A stretch of 64,000 nt of DNA. Origin: an uncultured Candidatus Rokubacteria bacterium (GTDB lineage: Bacteria > Methylomirabilota > Methylomirabilia > Rokubacteriales > DASRDR01). The notes under the pieces are model-generated. The model was not told where the DNA came from and searched no databases. It worked only from the letters and a program-made list of their open reading frames with translations. Where the stretch lies: assembly GCA_963826115.1 (NCBI GenBank), contig CAWGVS010000006.1, positions 1,024,001 to 1,088,000 on the forward strand, written 5' to 3'. Below, one piece after another: positions 38,071 to 48,365 of this stretch. The stretch's first letter is position 1; each line of letters begins with the position of its first letter. A program made the position numbers and the translations under genes.

Positions 38071-40503
38071 TCACATGAGCCCCATGATCTGCCAGACCGG
38101 TACGCTCAGGAGCAGTGCCACCGGACGGAGGAGGCTCTCGATCACGAGCGGCCACCGCGCCTGCTCGTGCGTGAAGAGCTCGCCCTCGCTGGCGAAGTAC
38201 ACGATGGCGTAGCCCGAGTTCACGTAGGGCAGGATCGTGTGGTCGCCGGCGATGAGGGCCACCAGGACGGGGATGAAGGGATGGAAGCCGAGCCCCTCGG
38301 CGATGGGCATGGCGACGAGCGCGATGATCGTCGACGCCGTCATCCAGGGCACGAAGAAGTGCAGCACGAACGCGACGAACGAGATGGTGAGGACGAACCC
38401 GTACGGGTTCCGGACCATCGCCGGCATGCTGGTCTGCACGACGGAGGTCAGCCACGCGTCGATGTGCAGCGACGTGAACACGTTGCCGAGGCTCAGGATC
38501 ACCCCGCAGTAGATGAGAAGCCCGAGCGTCCCGCCGCCCTGGAAGGCCGACTGGTCCAGCGCGCCGAGCGCGAACAGGAAGAGGAAGGAGGCGAGGGCCA
38601 GCCATGCCGGCGCGATGCCGTGGTACGGCAGGGTGGCGAAGCCGACGATGAGGAGCACCAGCACCGTCGCGCTCCAGATCTCGTTCCGCGTGAGCGGGCC
38701 GAGCAGCGCCTGCTGGAGCCGGACGGCGTCCACGTTGACCCGCCCCGTCCGGTGCGGCTTGAAGAGGACGAGCAGCACGAGGTACATCACGACGCCGATG
38801 ACGATGAACGGCGGCAGCGCGACGAAGAACCAGCGCCACCAGGTGATCTGGGCCTTGGCGGCCGCCGGGAGCAGGTCGTGGACGATGAGCCCCGTGAACG
38901 TCCCGGTCTGGAACAGCTCTCCCATCTCGAGGAAGGTGAAGAACGTCATCAACCCGACCGCCGCCGCTCCCGCGCTCCGGGGCGCGAACCCCATGGCGTC
39001 CGTGATCCCGCGCGCGATCGGCACTCCGAGCGCGATCCGCGTGGAGCCGCTCGAGAGCCCCGCGGTCATCAGGACGCCGGTCAGGCAGAGCACGACGCTC
39101 TGGGGGACGAACCGCGGCGGCAGTCGCTGGAGCGACAGGAGCACCAGCCGGAACATGAGCCCCGAGCGGGCGACCGCCACGCCCACCGCGAGGAGAGTGA
39201 AGATCATGTTCCAGGCGGGGGCGGCGAAGCCGCCGAGGATGTCCGCGGGTCGCACCACGCCGGGCACGACGAGGGCCAGCGTCAGGAACAGCATGACGAC
39301 GTAGTCGGGGAAGACGTTGGCCACGAGGAGCGGCACCATCGCGAGGAGGGCCGAAAGTGTGACGAGGCCGCCCCGTCCGAGCCCCTCCGGGAGCGGCAGG
39401 GTCCATCCGAGCGCGAAGATCACGATCGCGGCGAGGGCGCTCAGCGCGCGCACGGTTGCGAACTGGCGGGCGAGCCGCCCGAACAGGGGCGCGGCGCGCT
39501 CGCGGCTCCCGGGCGCCGCCGGCTGCGCGGGGGCGGCCAGCCGCTCGGTGAGCCGCGTCCGGAGCCCGCCGAGACGGGCCCCGAGGGCCGGTGCCCGCTC
39601 GCCGACCGCGGCGAGCCAGCGGTCCAGGTCTCCGGCGGACGCCGTCTGGAGGAGATGGGCCTCGTGGTCGCCGAGGAGCTTCTCGGCCTCCTCGACCGCG
39701 CCGGCTGCCAAGGCGAGGTCCGTGGCCGCGACGACGTCTCCGGCCGCCACCATCTCCTCGGCCGCGGTGCGGAGCCAGGCGGCGTTCGGCTCGCGAAGCT
39801 CCCCGCCGGCGATGGTGAGGAACGCGGGATCGAGTACCAGGTCGGTCCCCTCGGCCCGCAGAAGCCCGGACTGCTCGACGAGCTCCGTCAGCGCGTCCGC
39901 GTCCCCGGTCCGGGCGCACGTCCGGCGCAGCGTCTCGGCGGCCCAGCGCGGCCGGACCGCGACGTCGCCGATCAGCCGCACGGCGGCCGGGCTCAGGCGG
40001 CCGAGCGCTGCGGTGGCCAGGCGGTGGCCGAGCCCCCGCAGCGCGCTGGTCTCCTGGTTCATCGCCGCCAGCCGGAGGCTGAGCGACCGCTCGATGCTCC
40101 GGGCGATGCCGCGCTCGTGATCGAGGAGCGCCTCGAAGCGCGGGCGTGAGAGCCGCCACACCGTGAGGTCCGTCTCGGCCACCACGGTCGCCGTCCGCGG
40201 CGAGTCGGTGAGGAGCGCCATCTCCCCGAATACCTCGCCGGCTCCAAGGGTCGTGAGCTGCTCGCCCGCGCCGTCGCCGCCGGCGGCGGCGGCCGCGACC
40301 CCGGCGAGCACCGCGGCCCGGCCCTGCTTGATCACGTAGAACCCGTCGGGCCGGTCACCCTGACGGACGATGACCTGGCCCGGGGTGAAGCGCTTCTCCT
40401 CGAGCTCGCCGGCCAGCCGGGCAAGGTCGAGGCGTCCGAGATGCGAGAAGAGGGGCGACCGGGCGAGGGCGGTGGCTGAGTCGGGACGTCCGAGGTTCGA
40501 CAT
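38071..40503 (-). CDS. DASS/SLC13-like anion permease with N-terminal cyclic-nucleotide-binding domain
   Basis: IVRQGD, FGEMALL...PRTATV; C-terminal multi-TM domain with SSGSTR and W.RWF motifs. Confidence 0.8.
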   Translation of the reverse strand: MSNLGRPDSATALARSPLFSHLGRLDLARLAGELEEKRFTPGQVIVRQGDRPDGFYVIKQGRAAVLAGVAAAAAGGDGAGEQLTTLGAGEVFGEMALLTDSPRTATVVAETDLTVWRLSRPRFEALLDHERGIARSIERSLSLRLAAMNQETSALRGLGHRLATAALGRLSPAAVRLIGDVAVRPRWAAETLRRTCARTGDADALTELVEQSGLLRAEGTDLVLDPAFLTIAGGELREPNAAWLRTAAEEMVAAGDVVAATDLALAAGAVEEAEKLLGDHEAHLLQTASAGDLDRWLAAVGERAPALGARLGGLRTRLTERLAAPAQPAAPGSRERAAPLFGRLARQFATVRALSALAAIVIFALGWTLPLPEGLGRGGLVTLSALLAMVPLLVANVFPDYVVMLFLTLALVVPGVVRPADILGGFAAPAWNMIFTLLAVGVAVARSGLMFRLVLLSLQRLPPRFVPQSVVLCLTGVLMTAGLSSGSTRIALGVPIARGITDAMGFAPRSAGAAAVGLMTFFTFLEMGELFQTGTFTGLIVHDLLPAAAKAQITWWRWFFVALPPFIVIGVVMYLVLLVLFKPHRTGRVNVDAVRLQQALLGPLTRNEIWSATVLVLLIVGFATLPYHGIAPAWLALASFLFLFALGALDQSAFQGGGTLGLLIYCGVILSLGNVFTSLHIDAWLTSVVQTSMPAMVRNPYGFVLTISFVAFVLHFFVPWMTASTIIALVAMPIAEGLGFHPFIPVLVALIAGDHTILPYVNSGYAIVYFASEGELFTHEQARWPLVIESLLRPVALLLSVPVWQIMGLM

Positions 40504-40667
40504 GAGTGCGTTCGGGACGGCGGCTATCTTCGACGACCTTCGGGCCGGCTGTAAAGAGGGCGTCCTCGTTCTCGCGCCCAATCCGCCCCGGGTTGCGATG
40601 CGGCCGCCCCCTGTCGCATCCTGGACTCGGCGACGCCGGGCCCGGTCCGGCGGCCCGGGAGGCCTCG

Positions 40668-41519
40668 ATGCGCTGGAGAGACATGCGTCGCAGTGACAAC
40701 GTCGACGATCGGCGCGGGATGCCGATGGGCGGTGCCGGGTTGAAGCTGGGGGGCGGCGGGCTGCTCCTGATCGTGGTTCTGAGCTTCCTGACGGGGACGA
40801 ACCCGCTCGATCTCCTGAGCAGCCTGGAGGAGGCCTCGCCGCCCGCCGTCGACAGCGGGCCCGAGCGCAAGCCTCCCGCGGACGATCCCCAGGCGGACTT
40901 CGTGCGGGCCGTCGTGGGCGACATCGAGGACACCTGGGGACGGCTCTTCACCCAGGGCGGCGGGACCTACGAGGCGCCGCGCCTGGTCCTGTTCAGCGGC
41001 GCGGTCCAGTCGGCGTGCGGTCAGGCGAGCGCCGCGGTTGGCCCCTTCTACTGCCCGCCTGACCGTCGCGTCTACCTCGACCTCGAGTTCTTCCGCGAGC
41101 TGAGCGAGCGCTTCGGAGCTCCGGGCGACTTCGCGCGCGCCTACGTCGTGGCGCACGAGGTCGGGCATCACGTCCAGAACCTCCTGGGCACCTCGGACAA
41201 GGTGCAGCGACAGCGGGCTCGCCTCGACCAGGCCGCGGCGAACGCGCTCTCCGTGCGGCTCGAGCTCCAGGCCGACTGCTACGCCGGCGTGTGGGGGTAC
41301 TCCGCCGCGCGCCGCAACATCCTTGAGCCGGGCGACGTGGAGTCAGCTCTGGCGGCGGCGACGGCGATCGGCGACGACCGCCTGCAGAAGCAGGCGCGGG
41401 GCTACGTCGTGCCGGAGTCGTTCACCCACGGCTCGTCCGCGCAGCGCGTCCGCTGGTTCAAGACGGGGCTCGAATCGGGGGACGTCCGGCGCTGCGACAC
41501 GTTCGCGGCCCGGTCCTAG
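40668..41519 (+). CDS. neutral zinc metallopeptidase (YpfJ-like)
   Basis: GPFYCP, AHEVGHHVQ, ELQADCYAG, FTHGSS.QR. Confidence 0.92.
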   Translation: MRWRDMRRSDNVDDRRGMPMGGAGLKLGGGGLLLIVVLSFLTGTNPLDLLSSLEEASPPAVDSGPERKPPADDPQADFVRAVVGDIEDTWGRLFTQGGGTYEAPRLVLFSGAVQSACGQASAAVGPFYCPPDRRVYLDLEFFRELSERFGAPGDFARAYVVAHEVGHHVQNLLGTSDKVQRQRARLDQAAANALSVRLELQADCYAGVWGYSAARRNILEPGDVESALAAATAIGDDRLQKQARGYVVPESFTHGSSAQRVRWFKTGLESGDVRRCDTFAARS

Positions 41520-41534
41520 CGGGCCGGGGAGGCG

Positions 41535-43034
41535 TCAGGGCTCCACCGCCAGACGCGCGCCCGTCTCCCGCACGACGTCGATCAGGGCGTCGACGTCCGC
41601 CTCCGTTGTGTCGTAGTGGAGGACGCAGGCGCGCAGCGCGAACCGCCCCCGGAGCACCGTGCCGGTGAGGAAGATCCGCCCCTCGCTCTGGATGCGCTCC
41701 ACGAGGCGCCTGTTCAGCGCCTCCAGCCGTCCGGCATCCTCGGGCGCCCCGGACGGCGCGTAGCGGAAGCAGACGACCGACAGCTCCGCCGGGGCCACGC
41801 ACTCGAGGTCGGGGGCCCGGTCGACCAGGGTTGCCAGGCGACGCGCGAGCGCGACGTGGCGGCCGACCAGCGCGGCCACGCCGTTCCGGCCCAGGTGCTG
41901 GAGGGTCATCCAGAGCTTGAGCGCCCGGAAGCCGCGCGTCTGCTGGAACCCGTACTCCGAGTACCAGGGGAGGCCTCCGAACCCCTTGCCCTCCTCGGTG
42001 CGGAGGTACGGCGGTACGAGGCTCCACGCGTTTCGGAGGAGGCGCCCGTCCCGCACGAGCGCGCACCCGCACTCCACCGGGACCGAGAGCCACTTGTGGG
42101 GGTCGAGCGCCAGCGAGTCCGCTCGCTCGAGGCCGGCGTAGCGGGCGGCGAGGGCCGGATCGGCCGCGCCGACGGCGCCGTACGCCCCGTCGACGTGGAA
42201 CCAGAGGCCCTCGGCCCGGCAGAGGTCGGCGAGCTGGTCGAGGGGATCGATCGCGCCCGTGTTCACGGTGCCCGCGCTCGCCGCCACGCAGAACGGCCGG
42301 CGGCCGGCGCCGCGATCCTCGGCGATGGCGGCGCGGAGAGCCCCGACGTCCATGCGGAGATCCGCGTCCACGGGGATGGTCCGCACGGCCTCGCTCCCGA
42401 GCCCCAGGACCTCGGCGGCCTTCCGCATGCAGCTGTGGCCCTCCTCCGAGAGGTAGAGGACCAGCGGCGCGGGGGCGCTCCGCACGCCGCGCGCGCGGAC
42501 GTCCCAGCCGTCCTGCTCCGCCGCCCGGTGGCGGGCGGCCGCCAGGCACGTGAGCGACGCCATCGAGCCGCCGCTGACCAGGAGCCCCATGCTGCCCTCG
42601 ACCGGGAACCCGACGAGCTCCATCAGCCATCGGACCGCCGCCCGCTCGACGTAGATCGCGGCGTGGTCGCCGCCCGCGCAGCTCGGGTTGAGGGCGGCCG
42701 CCAGGAAGTCCGCCAGGACACCGACGGGCGCCGGCGGCGAGTTCACCCAGCCGAAGAACCGCGGATGCCCGTTCCCCATCGGACGGCTGAGGACCTCGCG
42801 CCCGGCGAGGGCGAGCAACGCCTCGGGCGGGACGCCCTGGTCGGGGAGCGAGCGCTCGAGGAGCGCCGCGCGCTCCGCCGGCGTCATCGGCTGGAAGACT
42901 GGCCGGCCGCGGATCCCCTCGAGGTGGTCGGCGACCATATCCACGGCGGCGTGGGCGAGCCGCCGGAACGCGTCCGGGGCGATCGCGAGGGGCGGCGGCT
43001 CCGAGAGGGCGGGGGCTGGAGGCGTCGGGGTCAC
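41535..43034 (-). CDS. group II PLP-dependent amino-acid decarboxylase
   Basis: HPRFFGW, SGGSMA, GTVNTGAIDPL, HVDGAYG, DPHKW. Confidence 0.92.
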   Translation of the reverse strand: MTPTPPAPALSEPPPLAIAPDAFRRLAHAAVDMVADHLEGIRGRPVFQPMTPAERAALLERSLPDQGVPPEALLALAGREVLSRPMGNGHPRFFGWVNSPPAPVGVLADFLAAALNPSCAGGDHAAIYVERAAVRWLMELVGFPVEGSMGLLVSGGSMASLTCLAAARHRAAEQDGWDVRARGVRSAPAPLVLYLSEEGHSCMRKAAEVLGLGSEAVRTIPVDADLRMDVGALRAAIAEDRGAGRRPFCVAASAGTVNTGAIDPLDQLADLCRAEGLWFHVDGAYGAVGAADPALAARYAGLERADSLALDPHKWLSVPVECGCALVRDGRLLRNAWSLVPPYLRTEEGKGFGGLPWYSEYGFQQTRGFRALKLWMTLQHLGRNGVAALVGRHVALARRLATLVDRAPDLECVAPAELSVVCFRYAPSGAPEDAGRLEALNRRLVERIQSEGRIFLTGTVLRGRFALRACVLHYDTTEADVDALIDVVRETGARLAVEP

Positions 43035-43681
43035 GGGCGTCTCCTCGAGGCGACCGGGAGCGTCCGGCCGCGCCGGGCATGGGGACCGCTCTCGCCCAGC
43101 GCCATGGCGAGGTAGTAGACGCAGGGGTCCCGGCCCGGGTTGACGAACTGGTGGTGGCAATCGCCCTCGTAGTACGCGCTGTCCCCCGCGCGCAGCGTGT
43201 GCGGGGTGCCATCGACGGTCAGCTGCAGCGTCCCGCGCTCGACGGCGAGGTACTCCCGCGAGCCCCGGCCATGAGGCGCGAAGATCCCGGCATCCACTCC
43301 CGGCGCGATCGTCGTCCGCATGAGCTCGAACTCGATCCCGGGCAGCACGGGGGAGAGGATCCGGCGCTCCCACCCCGTCGGGTCACGCGCCACGTCCTGG
43401 GCGGCATGACGGAGGACGACGACGCGCTGGGCGCGCTCCTCGCCCAGGAGGCGGGCGATGCTCGTGTCGAGGGCGGTGGCGATCCGGTCGAGGACGAGGA
43501 CGGTCGGTACCTTGCCGCCGCGCTCGACGGCGGACAGCATGCTGCGGCTGACCCCGGCCCGCCCGGCGACGGCGTCGAGCGACAGGCCCCGGCCGAGCCG
43601 GGTTGCCCGGACACGCGCTCCGAGCTCGGCCACGTCCAGGCCCGTTGAGAATCGCGCGGTCGGCGTGCGCGCCGTCACCAT
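43031..43681 (-). CDS. XRE-family HTH regulator with cupin domain
   Basis: LSLDAVAGRAGVSRSMLSAVERG, REYLAVERG...H.F.N. Confidence 0.9.
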   Translation of the reverse strand: MVTARTPTARFSTGLDVAELGARVRATRLGRGLSLDAVAGRAGVSRSMLSAVERGGKVPTVLVLDRIATALDTSIARLLGEERAQRVVVLRHAAQDVARDPTGWERRILSPVLPGIEFELMRTTIAPGVDAGIFAPHGRGSREYLAVERGTLQLTVDGTPHTLRAGDSAYYEGDCHHQFVNPGRDPCVYYLAMALGESGPHARRGRTLPVASRRRP

Positions 43682-43705
43682 CGTGGATGATATTCCACTA
43701 TGGTG
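43676..43705. promoter_or_regulatory. inverted repeat (putative operator) overlapping the XRE start codon and -10 element
   Basis: CACCATCGTGGA-tgatat-TCCACTATGGTG, 12-bp arms with one mismatch. Confidence 0.6.
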
Positions 43706-43886
43706 GAGGCCGCAAGCGCGGCGATTCCGATCTGACCGTGTAAGAACCATCGTGTAGCGGCTACCCGGCGTGCCCCGGGCGCGCCGGCCCGGACGCCGCG
43801 TCCCGGGCGGGACCAGGTGCCACGCGCGCCAATCTTACGGCGGGTTTCGCAATCCGGCGCACTCGCGCGGACGTCCGCCGCCCGTG

Positions 43887-43901
43887 TGGCACTCATCTTG
43901 C
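43887..43901 (+). promoter_or_regulatory. sigma-54 (-24/-12) promoter
   Basis: TGGCAC-tcatc-TTGC matches the consensus, 14 nt before the HTH gene. Confidence 0.65.
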
Positions 43902-43915
43902 CCGCGCAGAGAGGG

Positions 43916-44167
43916 ATGCGGCCCTCCTCTGTCCACCTCGCGCCCCTCCTCCTGACCGTCCCCGACGCCGCCCGGCGACTCCGGCGACACGAGCAGACAG
44001 TCCGCGCGATGATCCGGCGCGGCGACCTGGCGGCGATCCGCCTCGGGCGCCTGGTGCGCGTCCTCGCGGCCGCCGTCGATCGGGCTGCGGGCGCGATGGG
44101 GCGGGCCGGCCGCCCCCGGGTGTCCCGGCGCCCGCTCCGGCGCGTCCCCGCGCGCGCCCGCGCCTAG
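43916..44167 (+). CDS. excisionase-like helix-turn-helix protein (HTH_17)
   Basis: LLTVPDAARRL...TVRAMIRRGDLAAIRLGRLVRV; RBS GAGAGGG. Confidence 0.75.
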   Translation: MRPSSVHLAPLLLTVPDAARRLRRHEQTVRAMIRRGDLAAIRLGRLVRVLAAAVDRAAGAMGRAGRPRVSRRPLRRVPARARA

Positions 44168-44168
44168 C

Positions 44169-44711
44169 GTGGAGCCGTCCGCGATGTCGCGGGAGGTCGA
44201 GCGCACGGTGGACACCCTCATGGGGCGCGCCCGCCGCGATCTCGCCACCGCGGAGCGCGACGAGGCGACGGAGCGCGCGGCGCTGATGGGGCTGATCGAC
44301 CGGGACCGCCACCTCCGTTACGCGATGGAGCAGGCCTCGATGACGGTCCGCACGACCCGGGACGTCGACAGCCTCCGCCACATGCGGGTCCGGCTCGACG
44401 GCCTCGAGCAGGAGCGGCACGCGCTCATGGCGAGCCGCCGCGAGCAGGAGATGACCGTCGACCAGCGCCGGGACCGGACGCGGACCGCGCGGCTCGTGGT
44501 GGAGGAGCTCGAGCAGCGGGCGCTCCGCCTCCGCGAGACGGTCCGCCACACCGAGCACCAGCTGATGATGCGCCACAAGACCATCGCCGAGCTCGAGGGT
44601 CACGTCCTCCGGCTCCTCGAGGAGCTGCCTCGTGCCCGGGCGCAGCACGCGGAAGCCGAGGCCCGTCTCGCGAGCCTCCGGCACGAGCTCGCCGAGCTCG
44701 ACGGCAACTGA
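44169..44711 (+). CDS. hypothetical coiled-coil protein
   Basis: E/R/L-rich helical heptad composition, directly downstream of the HTH gene. Confidence 0.7.
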   Translation: MEPSAMSREVERTVDTLMGRARRDLATAERDEATERAALMGLIDRDRHLRYAMEQASMTVRTTRDVDSLRHMRVRLDGLEQERHALMASRREQEMTVDQRRDRTRTARLVVEELEQRALRLRETVRHTEHQLMMRHKTIAELEGHVLRLLEELPRARAQHAEAEARLASLRHELAELDGN

Positions 44712-44725
44712 CCGCCGGGCGGCCG

Positions 44726-44809
44726 TCAGGCTTCGGCGGCGCCGGCGGCGAAGCCTAGGGCGAAGTTGAGGGCGCGGCCCACCTCGGCCATCCGATCCTG
44801 GGGCACGTT
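44726..44809 (-). pseudogene. possible C-terminal remnant of a MazF/PemK toxin
   Basis: Reads NVPQDRMAEVGRALNFALGF..., similar to the MazF-family terminal helix. Confidence 0.4.
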
Positions 44810-44833
44810 CCGATGAGAGTCACTCGTTCATGC

Positions 44834-45460
44834 TCACTGAGTGGCCCAGAACCGCGGGTAGAGCTCGCGGAGCTGTGGGAGCACTGACCGCACGTCCGGA
44901 CGGCGGCGCGCCTCGACGTACCGCGCGCGGACGCCGGGGTCCCCGAGGTTCACCGCGCCCTCGCGGCAGCACATGATCGAGCCGGGGTCGTCGGTGTGGG
45001 GGAGCCCGAGGGCGTGGCCGATCTCGTGCGCCGCCACCTGGAACAGGACCGTCTCGCGCGACGTGGCGCCCATGGCCACGGGCTCGGCGAGGTCGACGCG
45101 GACCGGGAGCCGGATCGCGCCTGCATCGTCCGCGTCGAGGTGCGCGTAGCCCCGCGGTCCGCTGGCGCGGGCCGGGACGAAGCGAATCACGACGTCGGCG
45201 CCCTCTTCGCGGTCCACCCAGCGGAACACGTCGATGCCGAGCGCTTCCCGGGCGCCGGCGTTCCAGTCGTCGACGGCTCGGCGGACGGGCGCCTCGAGGG
45301 CGGGGTCCGCGGGCGGGACGAGGTGGACCGCCAGCGGGAAGCGCTGGCGCGGGTGGCCGATCGGGCGGCCCGTCTCGACCGTGTCGGACGCTCGGGCGCC
45401 GCCGGCCACGCCGAGCCCGACGGCCAGTAGCAGAGCGGCCAGCGCGCGGCGCGGCGCCAC
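44834..45460 (-). CDS. matrixin (M10-like) zinc metalloprotease, secreted
   Basis: HEIGHALGLPH, Met-turn SIM, signal peptide. Confidence 0.85.
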   Translation of the reverse strand: MAPRRALAALLLAVGLGVAGGARASDTVETGRPIGHPRQRFPLAVHLVPPADPALEAPVRRAVDDWNAGAREALGIDVFRWVDREEGADVVIRFVPARASGPRGYAHLDADDAGAIRLPVRVDLAEPVAMGATSRETVLFQVAAHEIGHALGLPHTDDPGSIMCCREGAVNLGDPGVRARYVEARRRPDVRSVLPQLRELYPRFWATQ

Positions 45461-45486
45461 GGTGGTCTGCGGAGCGTCGAGCCGGG

Positions 45487-48235
45487 CTACGGCGGCGGGC
45501 CGGCGACGACGGCCGTCGCCCGGTCCGGATGGAGGTGGCCGCGCGCCGCCTCGTTCACCTGCGGGACCGTGACGGCCCGGTAGTAGCTCGCGTACCGGTC
45601 GATGTAGTCGGCGCCGAGATTGTAGAACTCCATGCCCCAGAGCATCTCGGCGACGCCGGCGTTGGTCTCGAGGCGGAGAGGGAAGCGCCCGGTCAGGTAG
45701 GCGACCGCCTCGTCGACCTCGCGGGCGGTCACCCCGTCCTTCTGGAGCCGCCGGATCTCGGCGTCGAGCCCGGCCAGCGCCTTCTTCGCGTTCGCGGGAT
45801 TCGTTCCCAGGACGACGCGGAAGGGCCCCGGGTAGAGGTTCGCGTCGAAGTAGCCGAACACCGAGTAGGCGAGGCCCTGGTCGTCGCGGATCGACGTGCT
45901 CAGGCGGCTCGTCAGGGCGCCGCCGCCCAGGACCAGGCTCATCACCTGCGTCGCGTAGAAGTCGGGGTCGCTGCGGCGAAGCCCGCCGGCATGGCCCCAC
46001 ACGATCGACGTCTGGGTCCGGTCCGGGACCGGGATCTCGAGCGATTCCGGCGCCGCCCGCAGGGCCAGGTCGGGCGGAGTGATCGCTCGGGTCTCGGGAT
46101 TCCGCGGCCAGTCACCGAGCCGCTTCCGGAGCCCCTCCCGGACCTGATCGGCCGAGACGTCTCCCGTCACGACGACGATCATCCGGTCCGGGCCGTACTG
46201 CCGCCGGTGGAAGTCCACGAGATCGTCTCGGGTCAGCGTGGGGATGATCCGTTCCGCCGACTCGAAGGTCTGCGGACGCAGCGGGTGATCCGGCGGGTAG
46301 ATGCTCCGATCGAAGTTCAGGCCGGCGATCCGGTCCGGATTCGTCTTGGCCTGCGCGACCCCGGCGAGCGCCTCGCTCTTGAGCCGGTCGAAGTCGGCGG
46401 CGGGGAAGGCCGGCTGGCGGAGCATCTCCGCGAAGAGGTCGAGGACGAGATCGAAGTCCCGCGTGAGCGCTTCACCCGTGACAGAGGTGACGAGCGAGTC
46501 GGTGCTTGCCCCGAGACCGGCTCCCACGTCCTCGAGCGCGGTCGCGAAGCCGAGGGCGCTGCGCTGGAGCGTTCCACGGCTCAGCATGGCGGCCGTGAAC
46601 CCCGCCACACCCGGCTTGCCCTTCGGATCGGCGAGCGAGCCCGCGGGTATGCTCGCCCGGAGCGCGAACGTCGGCGTCGCGGGGCTCTCCTGCACGATGA
46701 CGGAGATGCCGTTGTCGAGCGAGAACCGCGTGACGAGGCGGTTCGGCGCCCGGGCGACCGAGGTGCGGGGCAGCGGGATGGGCCGGTCGCCGCGCTTCGG
46801 CCGCTCGACGCGGGCGGAGGCCTCGCGCGGGGGCGGGGCGGCCGGGCCGCCGCCGTCGGCCGGCACGAAGTGCCCGACGGTCCGGGTGTCCGCCGTGAAC
46901 GTCTTCCTCGCCACCGCCTGGATGTCGGCCGGGGTCAGGGCGCGGACCCGGTCGAGATACGTCGCGAGGAAGCGCCAGTCGCCGACCATCGCCCAGTAGC
47001 CGAGCTGACGAGCCTGCGCCGTCACGCTGTTCGTCTGGAAGACGAAGTCGGCCTCCGCGCGTCGCTGGGCTCGGGTCAGCTCCTCCGCGGTGATCGGGCT
47101 CGCGGTCACCTTCTCGACCTCGTCGAGGAGCGCCTTCTCGAGCTGCTCCCCGGTGACGCCGCGACGCGCGGTGGCGCTGACCGTGAACAGGAAGGGATCG
47201 CGGAGGCTCGTGGCGCCGGCGTCGACGCGCGCGGCCAGCCCCTTCTCGACCAGCTCCTGGTACAGCCGGCTCGTCCGTCCCTCGCCCAGCGCCCCCGACA
47301 GGACGTCCAGCGCGTAGCTGTCCGCGTCGAGTGCCGCCGGCGCCTTCCACGCGACGAGCACCATCGGCAGGGAGCCCGAGCGGCGGACGATCACGCGGCG
47401 CTCTCCGCGCTGGGGCGGCTCGGTCGTGTGGACATCGGGCGGCTTGGGGATCGGCTTGATCGGGCCGAAGTGACGCTGGACCATCTTCAGCGCGTCGGCG
47501 GCCGCAGACGTCGCCGACCACCACCGCCACCGCGTTGTTGGGGCCGTAGTGCGTCCGGTAGTACTGGTAGATGGCGTCCCGGGACACGTTCTCGACGTCG
47601 CTCCGCCAGCCGATGACCGGCCACTGGTAGGGATGCGCCTGGAACGCCGTCGACACCACGGACTGCGAGAGGATCCGGGCCGGGCTGTTCTCGCCGCCCT
47701 CCAGCTCGCTCCGGACGACGGTCATCTCTGACTCGAGATCCGCCTTGTCGATCCGGCTGTTCACCATCCGGTCGGCCTCGATGCGCATCGCGAGCTCGAG
47801 CCGGTCGGAGGCGATCGTCGCGTAGTAGTTGGTCCAGTCGTAGTAGGTGCTCGCGTTGAAGGCCGCGCCGTTCAGAAAGAGCGTGCGCGCGATCTCGCCG
47901 AGCTGAAGCTGCCGCGTGCCCTTGAACAGCATGTGCTCGAGGAGGTGGGACACGCCCGTGATCCCCGTGTGCTCGTTGCGCGACCCGACCCGGTACCAGA
48001 CGCTGAAGCTCACCACGGGCGCGCTCCGCGCCTCCTTGATGAGCACCGTGAGCCCGTTGGGCAGCACGGTCTCCTGGACGCCGGCGGTGAGGCCCGACGC
48101 GGCGGCGGCCGCCGGGCCGGGCGAGGTCTGCGCTCGCGCGATCCCGCCGGCGCAGGCAACGAGGCCGACGAGGGCGAGGAGGACGGGGAGACGAGGGGCC
48201 GTGGCGCGGGCGCGACGGAGGAAGGGCGCGATCAC
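45487..48235 (-). pseudogene. M16 (pitrilysin family) zinc protease, frameshifted near 47505
   Basis: VGSRNE, SHLLEHMLFKGT, NASTYYD in ORF 46472..48427; continues as MVQRHFG... in ORF 45487..47484. Confidence 0.85.
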
Positions 48236-48365
48236 GCATCCCAGTATAGAGCCCGGGGCAACCCCCAGCGCCGCAACCCGGCGAAGCGTGGTATCTTGAC
48301 CGGGCCGCTGCGCCATCCGGGCGGCATGTCTTCGACGACCCCCAAGCCACGAGGATCGGAAGCCC

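Noticed and set aside
43916-44167. Prophage or integrative element inferred from the excisionase-like gene
   Set aside because: No integrase, att site, tRNA or phage genes visible.
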